Origin: Berkelbacteria bacterium GW2011_GWE1_39_12
Lineage (GTDB): Bacteria; Patescibacteriota; UBA1384; UBA12157
Length of the DNA: 64,000 bases
Direction of reading: 5' to 3'
Assembly: GCA_001029735.1 (NCBI GenBank)
Contig: CP011213.1
Location: 332,288-396,287 of the forward strand
The stretch's first letter is position 1; every line of letters starts with the position of its first letter. Shown here one piece after another: positions 28,735-38,309 of the stretch. The notes below the pieces were generated by a model. That model worked only from the letters and a program-made list of their open reading frames with translations. It was not told the origin of the DNA and made no database searches. A program made the translations under genes and the position numbers.

Positions 28735-30135
28735 ATGAATATACTCTGGATCACCAATAAATATGTTGAAGGTAAAAGCTTAAGCCGATACTATCCCGAT
28801 TTTCTTAAGTTTGTCGAGGAAAATGTCGATAAATCTGGTAACAAAATTAGCTTTATATTTTTTTCTAACGCAATGGTTCCAAGAATCAAGTCAAAAAATA
28901 ACTTTTTCTTTGACCCAAAAAAAATAGTCTTAAAAAATGATAAACTGATAAAAAAGACAGCGGCAAAGTTAGAGGACGAATACCAGTTTACTTTCAAACA
29001 GGCTTATTTCCCTGATCTTATCCAGGTTTCCAAAAACCAAGATTTTAGGAAAATTCACTTAACCGAAAAAGAGTTTTCCAGTCTCGGCCATTTGGTCCAC
29101 AAATTTTTATTTTTAGAAAATATTATTGATCAAAAAAAATTGGATGTCGTCTTCTGTGATCAAAGCCCTGAAGTGGAAATGGAACTTGCTAGGGTCATTT
29201 GTTTAAAAAAGAAAAAAATATTTCTACGTCAAACCGAGTCATTTTTAGGCAGATGCGTGTTCCATCAACAATTCGCATTTGGAAAAGAGAAAATTGTCCT
29301 GGCAACTCTTGATAAGAAAATCACCAGATCTTTTGCAAAAAATTTTGTTAACGACTTCGCTAGACATAACAGACCCGCGTATCCACCAGTAGAGCATCTT
29401 AAAGCTGATTTTAAAGAGTTTTACTTACAACGGCTAATCCATTTCTACAAATATCCGCAATTTATAAAATTGTTTTTTTTAAAACCTTATTTTCTTTTCG
29501 AAGAAAAGATACTTAAGACTCTGATTAGAAAAAAATTTTACAAAAATAGGCCATATTTTTTCTTCGGTTTTCATTTACCGACTGAATCAACGGTCTCACT
29601 GCGTGCCTTGCCTTACATGAACCAATTCTCACTAATTGAAAGTATCAGCCGTGTTTTACCTTTTGGGTATTACCTATATGTTAGAGAACATCCTGGGTGG
29701 AGAAAACGTTTCTCCTTCTCTTTCCTTAAAAAAGTTGGAGCCTTGCCATGCGTTAGACTTATTTCCCCTGATATCCCAATCTCCGATATTCTTAAATCCA
29801 GCCGAGGAATTTTAACTTATAATGCGACAACCGGGATAGAAGCGCTAATGTATGGCAAACCGATTTTGTCTTTTGCGCCAAATCTTTATCATAATCTTCA
29901 CCCGGCCGCTGATTATTGTTCCGATCTTTATAACCTTGGCATGCAATTATCGAAATTGGCGAACGCTTCAGTAAACAAAAAGGATACGTATGAATATATT
30001 TACAAAATGCTTCGATCATCGAGCAGAGTTTCAATTAGAGCCGGAACATTTCTATCAAAAAAAGACAGCGTTGAGAAAGCGTCAGTTTTTGCTAAAGAAC
30101 TATTAGCGGCGATAGAGTACTGCGAAAAAAACTAA
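28735..30135 (+). CDS. Capsule_synth-family (KpsC/KpsS-like) putative glycosyltransferase, paralog of 25919..27388
   Basis: YFFFGFHLPTESTVS, YVREHPGW, ILTYNATTGIEALMYGKPILSF. Confidence 0.5.
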   Translation: MNILWITNKYVEGKSLSRYYPDFLKFVEENVDKSGNKISFIFFSNAMVPRIKSKNNFFFDPKKIVLKNDKLIKKTAAKLEDEYQFTFKQAYFPDLIQVSKNQDFRKIHLTEKEFSSLGHLVHKFLFLENIIDQKKLDVVFCDQSPEVEMELARVICLKKKKIFLRQTESFLGRCVFHQQFAFGKEKIVLATLDKKITRSFAKNFVNDFARHNRPAYPPVEHLKADFKEFYLQRLIHFYKYPQFIKLFFLKPYFLFEEKILKTLIRKKFYKNRPYFFFGFHLPTESTVSLRALPYMNQFSLIESISRVLPFGYYLYVREHPGWRKRFSFSFLKKVGALPCVRLISPDIPISDILKSSRGILTYNATTGIEALMYGKPILSFAPNLYHNLHPAADYCSDLYNLGMQLSKLANASVNKKDTYEYIYKMLRSSSRVSIRAGTFLSKKDSVEKASVFAKELLAAIEYCEKN

Positions 30136-31967
30136 TCCTTGATATTCGTTAAAATAAAAAAGTTCTCGTTTTCAAAAAATTTTGTATAGTCTGTAAAATG
30201 TTCGTCTTGTTTTATACTCTCGATACTAGATTTGATGGACTTTTCACGCGCTTCAAACTTTTCACTGTAGTTTTTAAAGCCCTTATCAGTTGAGGCTGCA
30301 CCTTGGGACAAAACTGGATCAGGACGTAGTATCTTTTTTTCAAGAATTAATACCGAATTATTGTTTTGTAAATAGTCGGGTTTTAATTCTTGCAAGGTAA
30401 TGTTTTGAGCTACCATGCCGAGCTGATAACTACTGGTGATTAATGTCAAATTTTTATCCGTATATTGCTTTGCTAACCGACTAATCACTCTAAATTCTTC
30501 ATCATAATATGATCTGTAAAACTTTGGCGGTAAAAATAAACCAGATGCAGAGATCAAAACAGAGCCAACTAGCAAATAGTGATACATTTTTTTTGAATAG
30601 ATTTGATCAACAAAAGTTGTTAGGCCAAAAATTGAAAGCATTAATAAATACCATCCGCTTCTACCTCTGTAATTGCTCATTTCAAAAATTCCTGTCTGCG
30701 TGCTTAAGCCGTATACCAAGCTTGCAATAGACAAAGTCAAGAGTAATGCGTTTTTTTTACGTAAAGCATAAATAAAAAGAAAAGTTGAAAACCCAATCCA
30801 TAAATATGAACCTAGACCGAGTATGGAATTAATTGATCTAACATTTTTTACCCTTATTGCGTCATAGCCAGTACCAAGCATGGGCTTCAAATATGGATTT
30901 TTTTGTACATATCCCGGCATTTTGAGATCTTCAGTAATAGCATCATTTGTGGTTGATTCCTCTCCGACGGTCACTTGAATACCTGGAAATCCATAATATC
31001 TTTTCAAGACATTTGATTGAATATAAACATGTCCAAATGAAGTTAGAAAACCGATAAACAAAAATAGATTTATACACAAAAGATAGCGAGAGTACCCTTT
31101 AGTAAATTTTTTATTGAATACAAAAACCGCAAGAAAAAGAACTGCGGCTGTGGGAAGTAATGAAATAAAAAAATATGGCACAGACAGAGCTAGAGCGACG
31201 GAGAAAATCAGGAACAAAACCAGATTTAGTTTTCTTCTTTTAATTTCTTGATCAGAAATTAAAACAATAAAGGCAGCAAAATAGATAAAAGTTAAAGAAG
31301 AGGAGAAAAAACCAATCGTCTGTAATGTAAATTGATTATAAATTGGCAAAACCAGTAATGCCAAAAGAAATACAGTTAATACCTTATTTTTTAGGAAATT
31401 GTGAATTAAAAGTATGAAAGCGATAACAGTTACCATTCCAATAGCAGGCCCAGTGAACCGATAGAGATCTGCAAAAGATATAATTTTCGCTAGAGGCATT
31501 AGTATTATGTGAAAACCAGGAGCATAAAAGCCATTGCTCAAATAGCCAGGGCTCAATAAATTTTTTACAAAAAATAGATGATTATAAGTGTCATTGCTCC
31601 CAGGACCAATGAATTTAAAACTGTCAAAATAACGGGTATATATTATAACTATTGATAATATTATTACTGAAAAGATTGCTAACCAATTAAACCTAACTTT
31701 TCTTAATTCGGGTAGTTTTATTTTATAACAAACCCATAAGTTAGCTAAGACAACAAAAGATAAATAAGACTCAGGAAAGTATCTCATCGTGCTAGTGCAA
31801 TAGAATATATAGCCAATAATAATTTCCAATGACAGAGAAAAAGGAATGGCATATCTTAAGGCTATTTTTTCATCTTTCATTAAGTGCTTTAAAGGTAAAA
31901 ACATAGCAAAAGAACTTATTAAAAAGAGAAAAAAAATGGCTACAGAGATTATAATATTATGTATCAT
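30132..31967 (-). CDS. large polytopic membrane protein with C-terminal soluble domain (putative GT-C glycosyltransferase/polymerase)
   Basis: 611 aa, >12 TM; locus context. Confidence 0.35.
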   Translation of the reverse strand: MIHNIIISVAIFFLFLISSFAMFLPLKHLMKDEKIALRYAIPFSLSLEIIIGYIFYCTSTMRYFPESYLSFVVLANLWVCYKIKLPELRKVRFNWLAIFSVIILSIVIIYTRYFDSFKFIGPGSNDTYNHLFFVKNLLSPGYLSNGFYAPGFHIILMPLAKIISFADLYRFTGPAIGMVTVIAFILLIHNFLKNKVLTVFLLALLVLPIYNQFTLQTIGFFSSSLTFIYFAAFIVLISDQEIKRRKLNLVLFLIFSVALALSVPYFFISLLPTAAVLFLAVFVFNKKFTKGYSRYLLCINLFLFIGFLTSFGHVYIQSNVLKRYYGFPGIQVTVGEESTTNDAITEDLKMPGYVQKNPYLKPMLGTGYDAIRVKNVRSINSILGLGSYLWIGFSTFLFIYALRKKNALLLTLSIASLVYGLSTQTGIFEMSNYRGRSGWYLLMLSIFGLTTFVDQIYSKKMYHYLLVGSVLISASGLFLPPKFYRSYYDEEFRVISRLAKQYTDKNLTLITSSYQLGMVAQNITLQELKPDYLQNNNSVLILEKKILRPDPVLSQGAASTDKGFKNYSEKFEAREKSIKSSIESIKQDEHFTDYTKFFENENFFILTNIKD

Positions 31968-33175
31968 TATTTTGTATTATAGATGTCTTTAAGAATTATT
32001 GCTAAGTCTTTAATATTATAACTCTCTGCTAATTTTAAAGCATTTTTCGATAATTTAGAATGCAAATTGCCATCTTTCAAGATAATCTTTATTGATTCGG
32101 CCGCTTTCGATTCACCTTTTACAACAAAACCTGCCTTAAATTTTTCAACTGTTGGCAAATTTGACTCAAGAGAGCAAACTATAGGTAAGCCAAGAGCAGC
32201 GGATTCAAGTAGCGAGGTCGGTAAACCTTCTGACCGCGAATTTAAAAGAGAAAGATCGGCGCTTTTAAGTATCTCAAGCTTTTTAATGCCCGATAATAAA
32301 CCAGTAAAAATAATGCGGTCTTGTAATCCAAGTCTTCTTGCTAATCGTTCAATGTTGGCTCTTTCCCCCTCGTCTGGACCAATAATCAAAAAAGTAAAAG
32401 ATAATCTATCTTTAATTTTGGAAAGTACCTTAAGTGAAATATCCAGCCCTTTTTGCCTGTGGATTCTACCAATAAATACAATGATTTTATCCTTATGCGG
32501 AATACCATAGCTTTTACGAACATCGGCCGGCTTAATATTCCAATATTCACTCAAATCGAGACCATTTGGAACAATTTCAATCTTCGATTTAATTTGCGGC
32601 AAGATTTCCAACACACCTTTTTTCTCCTTCTCATTAAGAACAATAACAGCACTACTATTAAGAGCCAAAGATGCAAATCTTTTTATGATAAAATTTTTGA
32701 TTGTATAGAACTTAGACTTTCTGGCTGCTGAAAATAATGACCCATGAGGTTGAAAAACATATTTCTTGTTAAGTTTGTGGCAAATCCTACCAGTGATAAT
32801 TGATTGATAAGTAAAAAATTCATGGATATGGATTACATCATAATTCTTAATATTTAAATCCAGCCACTTTTTCATTCCCACAGGGATATAAAGATTAAAA
32901 TTCTTTGCCAACTTATTATTAAAGTTTTTAAATCGGATAACCTGTATGCCTTCAATCTTTTCTCTTAACTTTTTATTCCTTTGTTTTGAATCCAAAACAT
33001 CAGTTGTTACCACAGTGACAGAATTCCCCATTCTTGTCAGTTCCTTTGCAAAATCAAAAGTTACCCTAACAGGGCCGCCGTAACTCCATGCCGGCGCAAA
33101 ATAAGGGATTACAAACAATATTTTTTTATTTTCTGAAGCTTTATTCATTTTATTTCCAGCAAAACTAATTTTCAT
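31967..33175 (-). CDS. glycosyltransferase family 4
   Basis: FIGRIHRQKGLDISLKVL...; the start is ambiguous (ATGs at 33175 or 33148). Confidence 0.75.
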   Translation of the reverse strand: MKISFAGNKMNKASENKKILFVIPYFAPAWSYGGPVRVTFDFAKELTRMGNSVTVVTTDVLDSKQRNKKLREKIEGIQVIRFKNFNNKLAKNFNLYIPVGMKKWLDLNIKNYDVIHIHEFFTYQSIITGRICHKLNKKYVFQPHGSLFSAARKSKFYTIKNFIIKRFASLALNSSAVIVLNEKEKKGVLEILPQIKSKIEIVPNGLDLSEYWNIKPADVRKSYGIPHKDKIIVFIGRIHRQKGLDISLKVLSKIKDRLSFTFLIIGPDEGERANIERLARRLGLQDRIIFTGLLSGIKKLEILKSADLSLLNSRSEGLPTSLLESAALGLPIVCSLESNLPTVEKFKAGFVVKGESKAAESIKIILKDGNLHSKLSKNALKLAESYNIKDLAIILKDIYNTK

Positions 33176-33407
33176 CGTAACATCGCATGAGTAATTCCGC
33201 AAACAACAGATATACTCGGTAATATTATGTTATCGGATGTCTATATTCATACCTTTAAAAAAATCGTTTAGATAACTTTATTAAATGTAGTGACAATACT
33301 TTTTGTAATTAACTTTATTCCGTAGCTAGTACGACACAAAGAAGAAAATAAAAGGGAATATATTTTTGTTTACATCCTTGCTTTAATATGATTAATTTAA
33401 TTATGCA

Positions 33408-34307
33408 ATGGCTAAAACAAAAATCTTAATTTTAGGTGCTTCTGGTATGATCGGCAATACCCTCTTTCGAAAGCTATCGCAAAGTAGAAAATACGAAGTA
33501 TTTGGGACCGTGCCAAATGAGACTCAAGAAAAATTAATTGCCGAAAAATACAAAAAACAGATTTTCAATCATATAGAAATCGAGAACTTCGATTCTGTTA
33601 TTCGTGTTGTTGAAGTGGCCAGGCCAAGCATTGTCATTAATTGTGTAGGTTTGATCAAACAAATGTCTAATGCCAATGATTTACCTGTCGCCATTTATAT
33701 GAATGCCCTGTTTCCACATCGGCTGGCACACCTGTTAAGCGCGGCCAATGTAAGATTAATTCATCTTAGCACCGATTGCGTTTTTTCCGGAATAACAGGT
33801 TATTATTACGAAAAAGATCTAACAGATGCAACTGATACCTATGGTAAAACCAAATTTTTAGGCGAAGTAACTAACTATAAGAATTGCTTGACACTACGAA
33901 CCTCTTGTATCGGTCATGAGTTGCAAGGCTATAAAGGAATCGTGGAATGGTTTCTATCGCAGTCTGGGAGCACCTGGGGCTATAGAAAGGCTATCTATTC
34001 CGGCGTTCCCACAGTAGAACTGGCAGAAATTTTAACAAAGTTTATTATTCCAAATCACCAGCTATCCGGCCTTTACCATGTTTCCGCCGAGCCAATCAAT
34101 AAAAATGATTTATTAAACCTGATCGCCAAAGAATATAAGAAAAAAATTAAAATCAAACCTGATGATAAAGAAGTGGTAGACCGATCCATTAACTCTGATA
34201 GATTTCGCAAAAAAACAGGCTACAAGCCACCAACTTGGAATGCTTTAATCAAGAAAATGCACAAAGACTACGCTTCTAGTCATATTTATCGAAAGTATGA
34301 ATCATGA
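33408..34307 (+). CDS. SDR-family NAD(P)-dependent sugar reductase (RmlD/dTDP-4-dehydrorhamnose reductase-like)
   Basis: KILILGASGMIGNTL Rossmann motif; ~300 aa RmlD-like length. Confidence 0.6.
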   Translation: MAKTKILILGASGMIGNTLFRKLSQSRKYEVFGTVPNETQEKLIAEKYKKQIFNHIEIENFDSVIRVVEVARPSIVINCVGLIKQMSNANDLPVAIYMNALFPHRLAHLLSAANVRLIHLSTDCVFSGITGYYYEKDLTDATDTYGKTKFLGEVTNYKNCLTLRTSCIGHELQGYKGIVEWFLSQSGSTWGYRKAIYSGVPTVELAEILTKFIIPNHQLSGLYHVSAEPINKNDLLNLIAKEYKKKIKIKPDDKEVVDRSINSDRFRKKTGYKPPTWNALIKKMHKDYASSHIYRKYES

Positions 34308-36280
34308 ATAAACTAATCAAGATTGGTATTACTGGCCAAAGTGGCTTTATCGGTTCGTCACTGAAGAATTATATTCAAAGAAACTCAGACGATGAATTTG
34401 ATGTTATTGAGTTTAAGGATGTTTTTTTCCAAAGTGATAAAAAATTGGAAGATTTTGTCTCTAAATCAGATGTAATCATCCATTTGGCTGGTATGTCTCG
34501 GGGTGACGATTCTGAACTCTATCAAACAAATATTGATTTAACCAATAAATTGATTAGCGCACTAGAGAAAACCGGCAACAAAGCGGGCGTTATTTTTGCT
34601 TCGTCAATTCACGAAAAAACCGATAACGCTTTTGGTAAGTCAAAGAGAGATTCGAGAATGCTCTTAAACAACTGGGCAAAAAAAAATAAAACGAAATTTT
34701 CGGGTTTATTAATCCCCCATGTTTTTGGACCAAATGCCAGGCCTTTCCATAATTCAGCTCTGTCAACTTTTTGCTATCAACTGACTCATGATCAAAAACC
34801 AAAACTGACGAATGATAGTGAATTAAAACTAATTTTCGTTGACGATTTGGCCGTTAAAATTCTTGATATCGCCAAAAGCAACCAATGGGTAAACAAAATC
34901 GATATCAAACCTTATAAGCGAATTTTGGTTTCAGAGTTACTCAAGAAATTAATGCAATATAAGCGTTCATATCTCGATAAAGATATAAAACCTGATCTTA
35001 ATACCCCCTTTGACATAAACCTGTTTAAAACCTTATACTCATATCTTGATAAAAAAGATAGCCAAACAGAAGGAAAGCAAGTGCCTCAAAAAGCTTCAAA
35101 AATAAAAGTCATAGATTTGCTCCCCGAGAAATCGCGGAAATTTTCAAAATTGAAAATTATGACCATTGTCGGTACAAGACCCGAAATTATTCGTCTCAGC
35201 CGAGTAATGCATGAACTAGATAAACATTTTAACCATGTCATTGTCCATACCGGACAAAATTACGATTATGAGTTAAATGAGATATTTTTTAAAGAATTAG
35301 GCATCAAAAAGCCAGACTTCTTCTTAAATGCCGCCACAGAAAATGTCGCCGGCACAATCGGCAATATTATTAACCTATCCGATGAATTATTTGAAAAAGA
35401 GAAACCTGACGCCGTTCTCCTGTATGGTGATACAAATAGCTGTTTATCGATAATTTCCGCTAAAAGAAAAAAAATCCCCGTCTTTCATATGGAAGCCGGA
35501 AACCGTGCCTTCGATCAACGGGTACCAGAGGACATCAACCGAAAGATTGTTGATCACTTAAGTGATATTAATATGCCATTGACCGAGCATGCGCGAAGAC
35601 ATCTTTTGGCCGAAGGAATCAAACCTGAAACGATTATCAAGACTGGTTCACCGATGATGGAAATTTTGAATTTCTATATGCCTAAGATTAAAACCAGTAA
35701 AGTTCTTACAAAATTAAAATTAACCAAGAAAAAATATTTTGTAGTCAGCGCTCACCGAGAAGAGAATATCGATTATCCAGAGAACTTTGATAATCTTCTT
35801 GATTCACTCAATGCAGTTGCCCGAGAGTATAAAATGCCTGTAATTGTTTCCACTCATCCAAGAACTCGTAAAAAAATTGAAAATCTTAAAGATAAAGACT
35901 TCGATAAAAGGATCCAGTTTCTAAAACCTCTCGGTATGTTTGATTACGTCAAACTTCAACAGAACGCTTACTGTGTTCTTTCAGATAGCGGTACTCTTAC
36001 AGAAGAATCTTCTATCCTAAACTTTCCAGCTATTATGATCAGACAAGCCCATGAAAGACCGGAGGGTATGGATGAAGGAACTTTAATAATGTCTGGACTT
36101 AAACCTGCAAATGTGCTTCAATCAATTCAAATTATCACCAGTGACTTTTCTTCCAAAGAACGGGTGACTAAAACTGTACCAGATTACGATGTTAAAAACG
36201 TCTCCAAGAAGGTGGCCCGAACCATTATGAGCTATACCGACTATATTAATCGAACTGTCTGGCACAAGAACGAGATCTAA
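34304..36280 (+). CDS. fusion: N-terminal SDR domain + C-terminal UDP-GlcNAc 2-epimerase (WecB/Cap5G/WbjD-like)
   Basis: N-terminus IGITGQSGFIGSSL; from ~aa 278 MTIVGTRPEIIRLSRV...HTGQNYDYELNEIFF (2-epimerase); single uninterrupted frame. Confidence 0.75.
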   Translation: MNKLIKIGITGQSGFIGSSLKNYIQRNSDDEFDVIEFKDVFFQSDKKLEDFVSKSDVIIHLAGMSRGDDSELYQTNIDLTNKLISALEKTGNKAGVIFASSIHEKTDNAFGKSKRDSRMLLNNWAKKNKTKFSGLLIPHVFGPNARPFHNSALSTFCYQLTHDQKPKLTNDSELKLIFVDDLAVKILDIAKSNQWVNKIDIKPYKRILVSELLKKLMQYKRSYLDKDIKPDLNTPFDINLFKTLYSYLDKKDSQTEGKQVPQKASKIKVIDLLPEKSRKFSKLKIMTIVGTRPEIIRLSRVMHELDKHFNHVIVHTGQNYDYELNEIFFKELGIKKPDFFLNAATENVAGTIGNIINLSDELFEKEKPDAVLLYGDTNSCLSIISAKRKKIPVFHMEAGNRAFDQRVPEDINRKIVDHLSDINMPLTEHARRHLLAEGIKPETIIKTGSPMMEILNFYMPKIKTSKVLTKLKLTKKKYFVVSAHREENIDYPENFDNLLDSLNAVAREYKMPVIVSTHPRTRKKIENLKDKDFDKRIQFLKPLGMFDYVKLQQNAYCVLSDSGTLTEESSILNFPAIMIRQAHERPEGMDEGTLIMSGLKPANVLQSIQIITSDFSSKERVTKTVPDYDVKNVSKKVARTIMSYTDYINRTVWHKNEI

Positions 36281-38308
36281 TTATTTAGCAATTAAATTCA
36301 CACCGTTATCTTTTTTTTCTACCTTAAAGAGCTTATGGTTTTTTGACGTGGCTTGATCAGAGAACAAATCACCATAATGCGTCCAGAAATTATCATCCGC
36401 CTGGGCCAAATAAACGTAATCAAACTTCTCGTTAGTCAGTCTATAACTCCAATTTTCTTTCGAGGCGTTATTTGTCCAGACGTCGCCAGAACCATATTTC
36501 TCCCCCAGAGACCAACTGCCATCGCCTCCGTTCATGATTCTTGGAGCGATTTCATATCTCACCATCATACATTCCCATCCGTTTGTGTTCTGATATATCA
36601 GCCAAACCTTGCTTGATTCCTCGGTTCTAGCATTTATATCATCTGAAAACGGTTTAGTTTTTTCCCGTACCACTTCAGTTGATTTAGCCATAATCTGCGG
36701 CGGAACTATTAATTGATAAAAAGGAGGTGTATGAAAAATAAGAAGAAACAGCAAAATTATATCTGATATCCAGCCTAATACCTTCTCGTATTTAGGGTTT
36801 TCTTTCATAAAAACTGCGAGCGAGCCTATAGTGATTAGTGCCATGCCTAAAAGATAAGAGTTGATATAGCGGCTCATTGAAGCCAAATTTACACCCTCAA
36901 ATTCAGAAAAATAAAAAGTGTAAGCCAAGAGATGCAGAAATAAAAAGACAGAAAGCCCAACTACAAGAGATATATACAAGCTCAAGATGCGAGAACGATC
37001 ATCTTTCTTGCCAAAATAAATAATAAACCCTAAAGGAATTGTAAAAATTAATAGCCAGATCGGTATAGTTAAGCCAGGTTTGTTAATTTTCTCGGTGAAG
37101 GTTAAATAAAATTTGATGATTCTTTGTTCAGACTTATAACCCCCATCCTGTTGATTCATCGGCATTTTAACAACAGCCTGTTTAAAATTACCGATGATTG
37201 TCTTTTCGCGTGTCGTTGCGTTTTCTGAAAACGCTTCATTAATTCTTGATGGACTCGGTATTGAGCTGGAATCGACGATCCCTTGACCCTTGACATAAAA
37301 ATCCCAACTCTTCATTGGAACGACTGCCGCCAGCCCCATTAATATGATTATCCCAAGCATGTTCTTCCAGTTATTCAACTTTAAACGATTTTTAATTTTA
37401 CTCAAATTCTTAATTAACAGATCCAGACAAATAATTAAAACAACAGTAAGTGATAAAGCTATACCTGTTATTTTAATGATAGGTAAACAAAAAATAGCCG
37501 GGATAAGCATTAATTTTGACTTTCCGGTTCTTAAAATATAAACCGAGGATAAAACAGCACTGGCGAAGATTACACCAATAATATGATCATTTGTAATCGA
37601 TAAAAGACCTGGCCCAAAGTAAAGCAAGGCGGAAAAAGTAGCTACAGTAAAGACTATAAGTTTTTTCCAGTGCTTGCCAACTAGATCGAAAATAAAAGAA
37701 ATCGAAGAAAGAACTAAAATACCTTGAGCAAAATACAAGACCGCTTCGTTGTATCTTGAGAACCTCAGGAAAAAATACTGAAATAAGGCAATCCCAGGTG
37801 GATAATTGATTTTGCCGACTAAGATAGCACTTTCAGTTGTATAAAAATTATCGGTATGTAGAATTGCTTTGGTGAATTGCCCCCAGAAAAACTCATCCCA
37901 GCCAAAAATACTTGCTTTAAGAGTAAAAACAAACCAAGCCAGTCCTGAAAATAAGAGAAAATAGAAGCCGAAGGGTAAACTTTTAATCTCTTGCCAAGTT
38001 ACCTTTAATTTAAAAATCGAATACATCGGGAGCAGAAAGCCAAGCAAAAATATCACAAAACTAACAATCAGCAAAATTTTAAAAAACCCGGCCACATACA
38101 AGATAGAAATTAATCCAGTTGCCACCAAAAAAGGAAAATATGGTGCGTATTTTTTATACCTTAAAGATAGAAAAAATGACCAACCTAATAGAGAAACAAA
38201 GCTTAAAATATATAAATAATTCATATTAAAGTTTGCAATACCTGTTATTCCTTGATACTTTATTTTTGTCCATATTAATATTCTATCGTATTTAATTGGA
38301 AAGAACAA
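36281..38308 (-). CDS. large polytopic membrane protein (putative GT-C-like glycosyltransferase)
   Basis: 675 aa, many TM, C-terminal soluble domain. Confidence 0.35.
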   Translation of the reverse strand: MFFPIKYDRILIWTKIKYQGITGIANFNMNYLYILSFVSLLGWSFFLSLRYKKYAPYFPFLVATGLISILYVAGFFKILLIVSFVIFLLGFLLPMYSIFKLKVTWQEIKSLPFGFYFLLFSGLAWFVFTLKASIFGWDEFFWGQFTKAILHTDNFYTTESAILVGKINYPPGIALFQYFFLRFSRYNEAVLYFAQGILVLSSISFIFDLVGKHWKKLIVFTVATFSALLYFGPGLLSITNDHIIGVIFASAVLSSVYILRTGKSKLMLIPAIFCLPIIKITGIALSLTVVLIICLDLLIKNLSKIKNRLKLNNWKNMLGIIILMGLAAVVPMKSWDFYVKGQGIVDSSSIPSPSRINEAFSENATTREKTIIGNFKQAVVKMPMNQQDGGYKSEQRIIKFYLTFTEKINKPGLTIPIWLLIFTIPLGFIIYFGKKDDRSRILSLYISLVVGLSVFLFLHLLAYTFYFSEFEGVNLASMSRYINSYLLGMALITIGSLAVFMKENPKYEKVLGWISDIILLFLLIFHTPPFYQLIVPPQIMAKSTEVVREKTKPFSDDINARTEESSKVWLIYQNTNGWECMMVRYEIAPRIMNGGDGSWSLGEKYGSGDVWTNNASKENWSYRLTNEKFDYVYLAQADDNFWTHYGDLFSDQATSKNHKLFKVEKKDNGVNLIAK

Positions 38309-38309
38309 A

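Noticed and set aside
34304-36280. Splitting the 658-aa ORF into two genes (SDR + epimerase)
   Set aside because: No stop codon or frameshift separates the domains. A single continuous frame favours a true fusion. The internal motif is reported as a finding rather than as a gene boundary.
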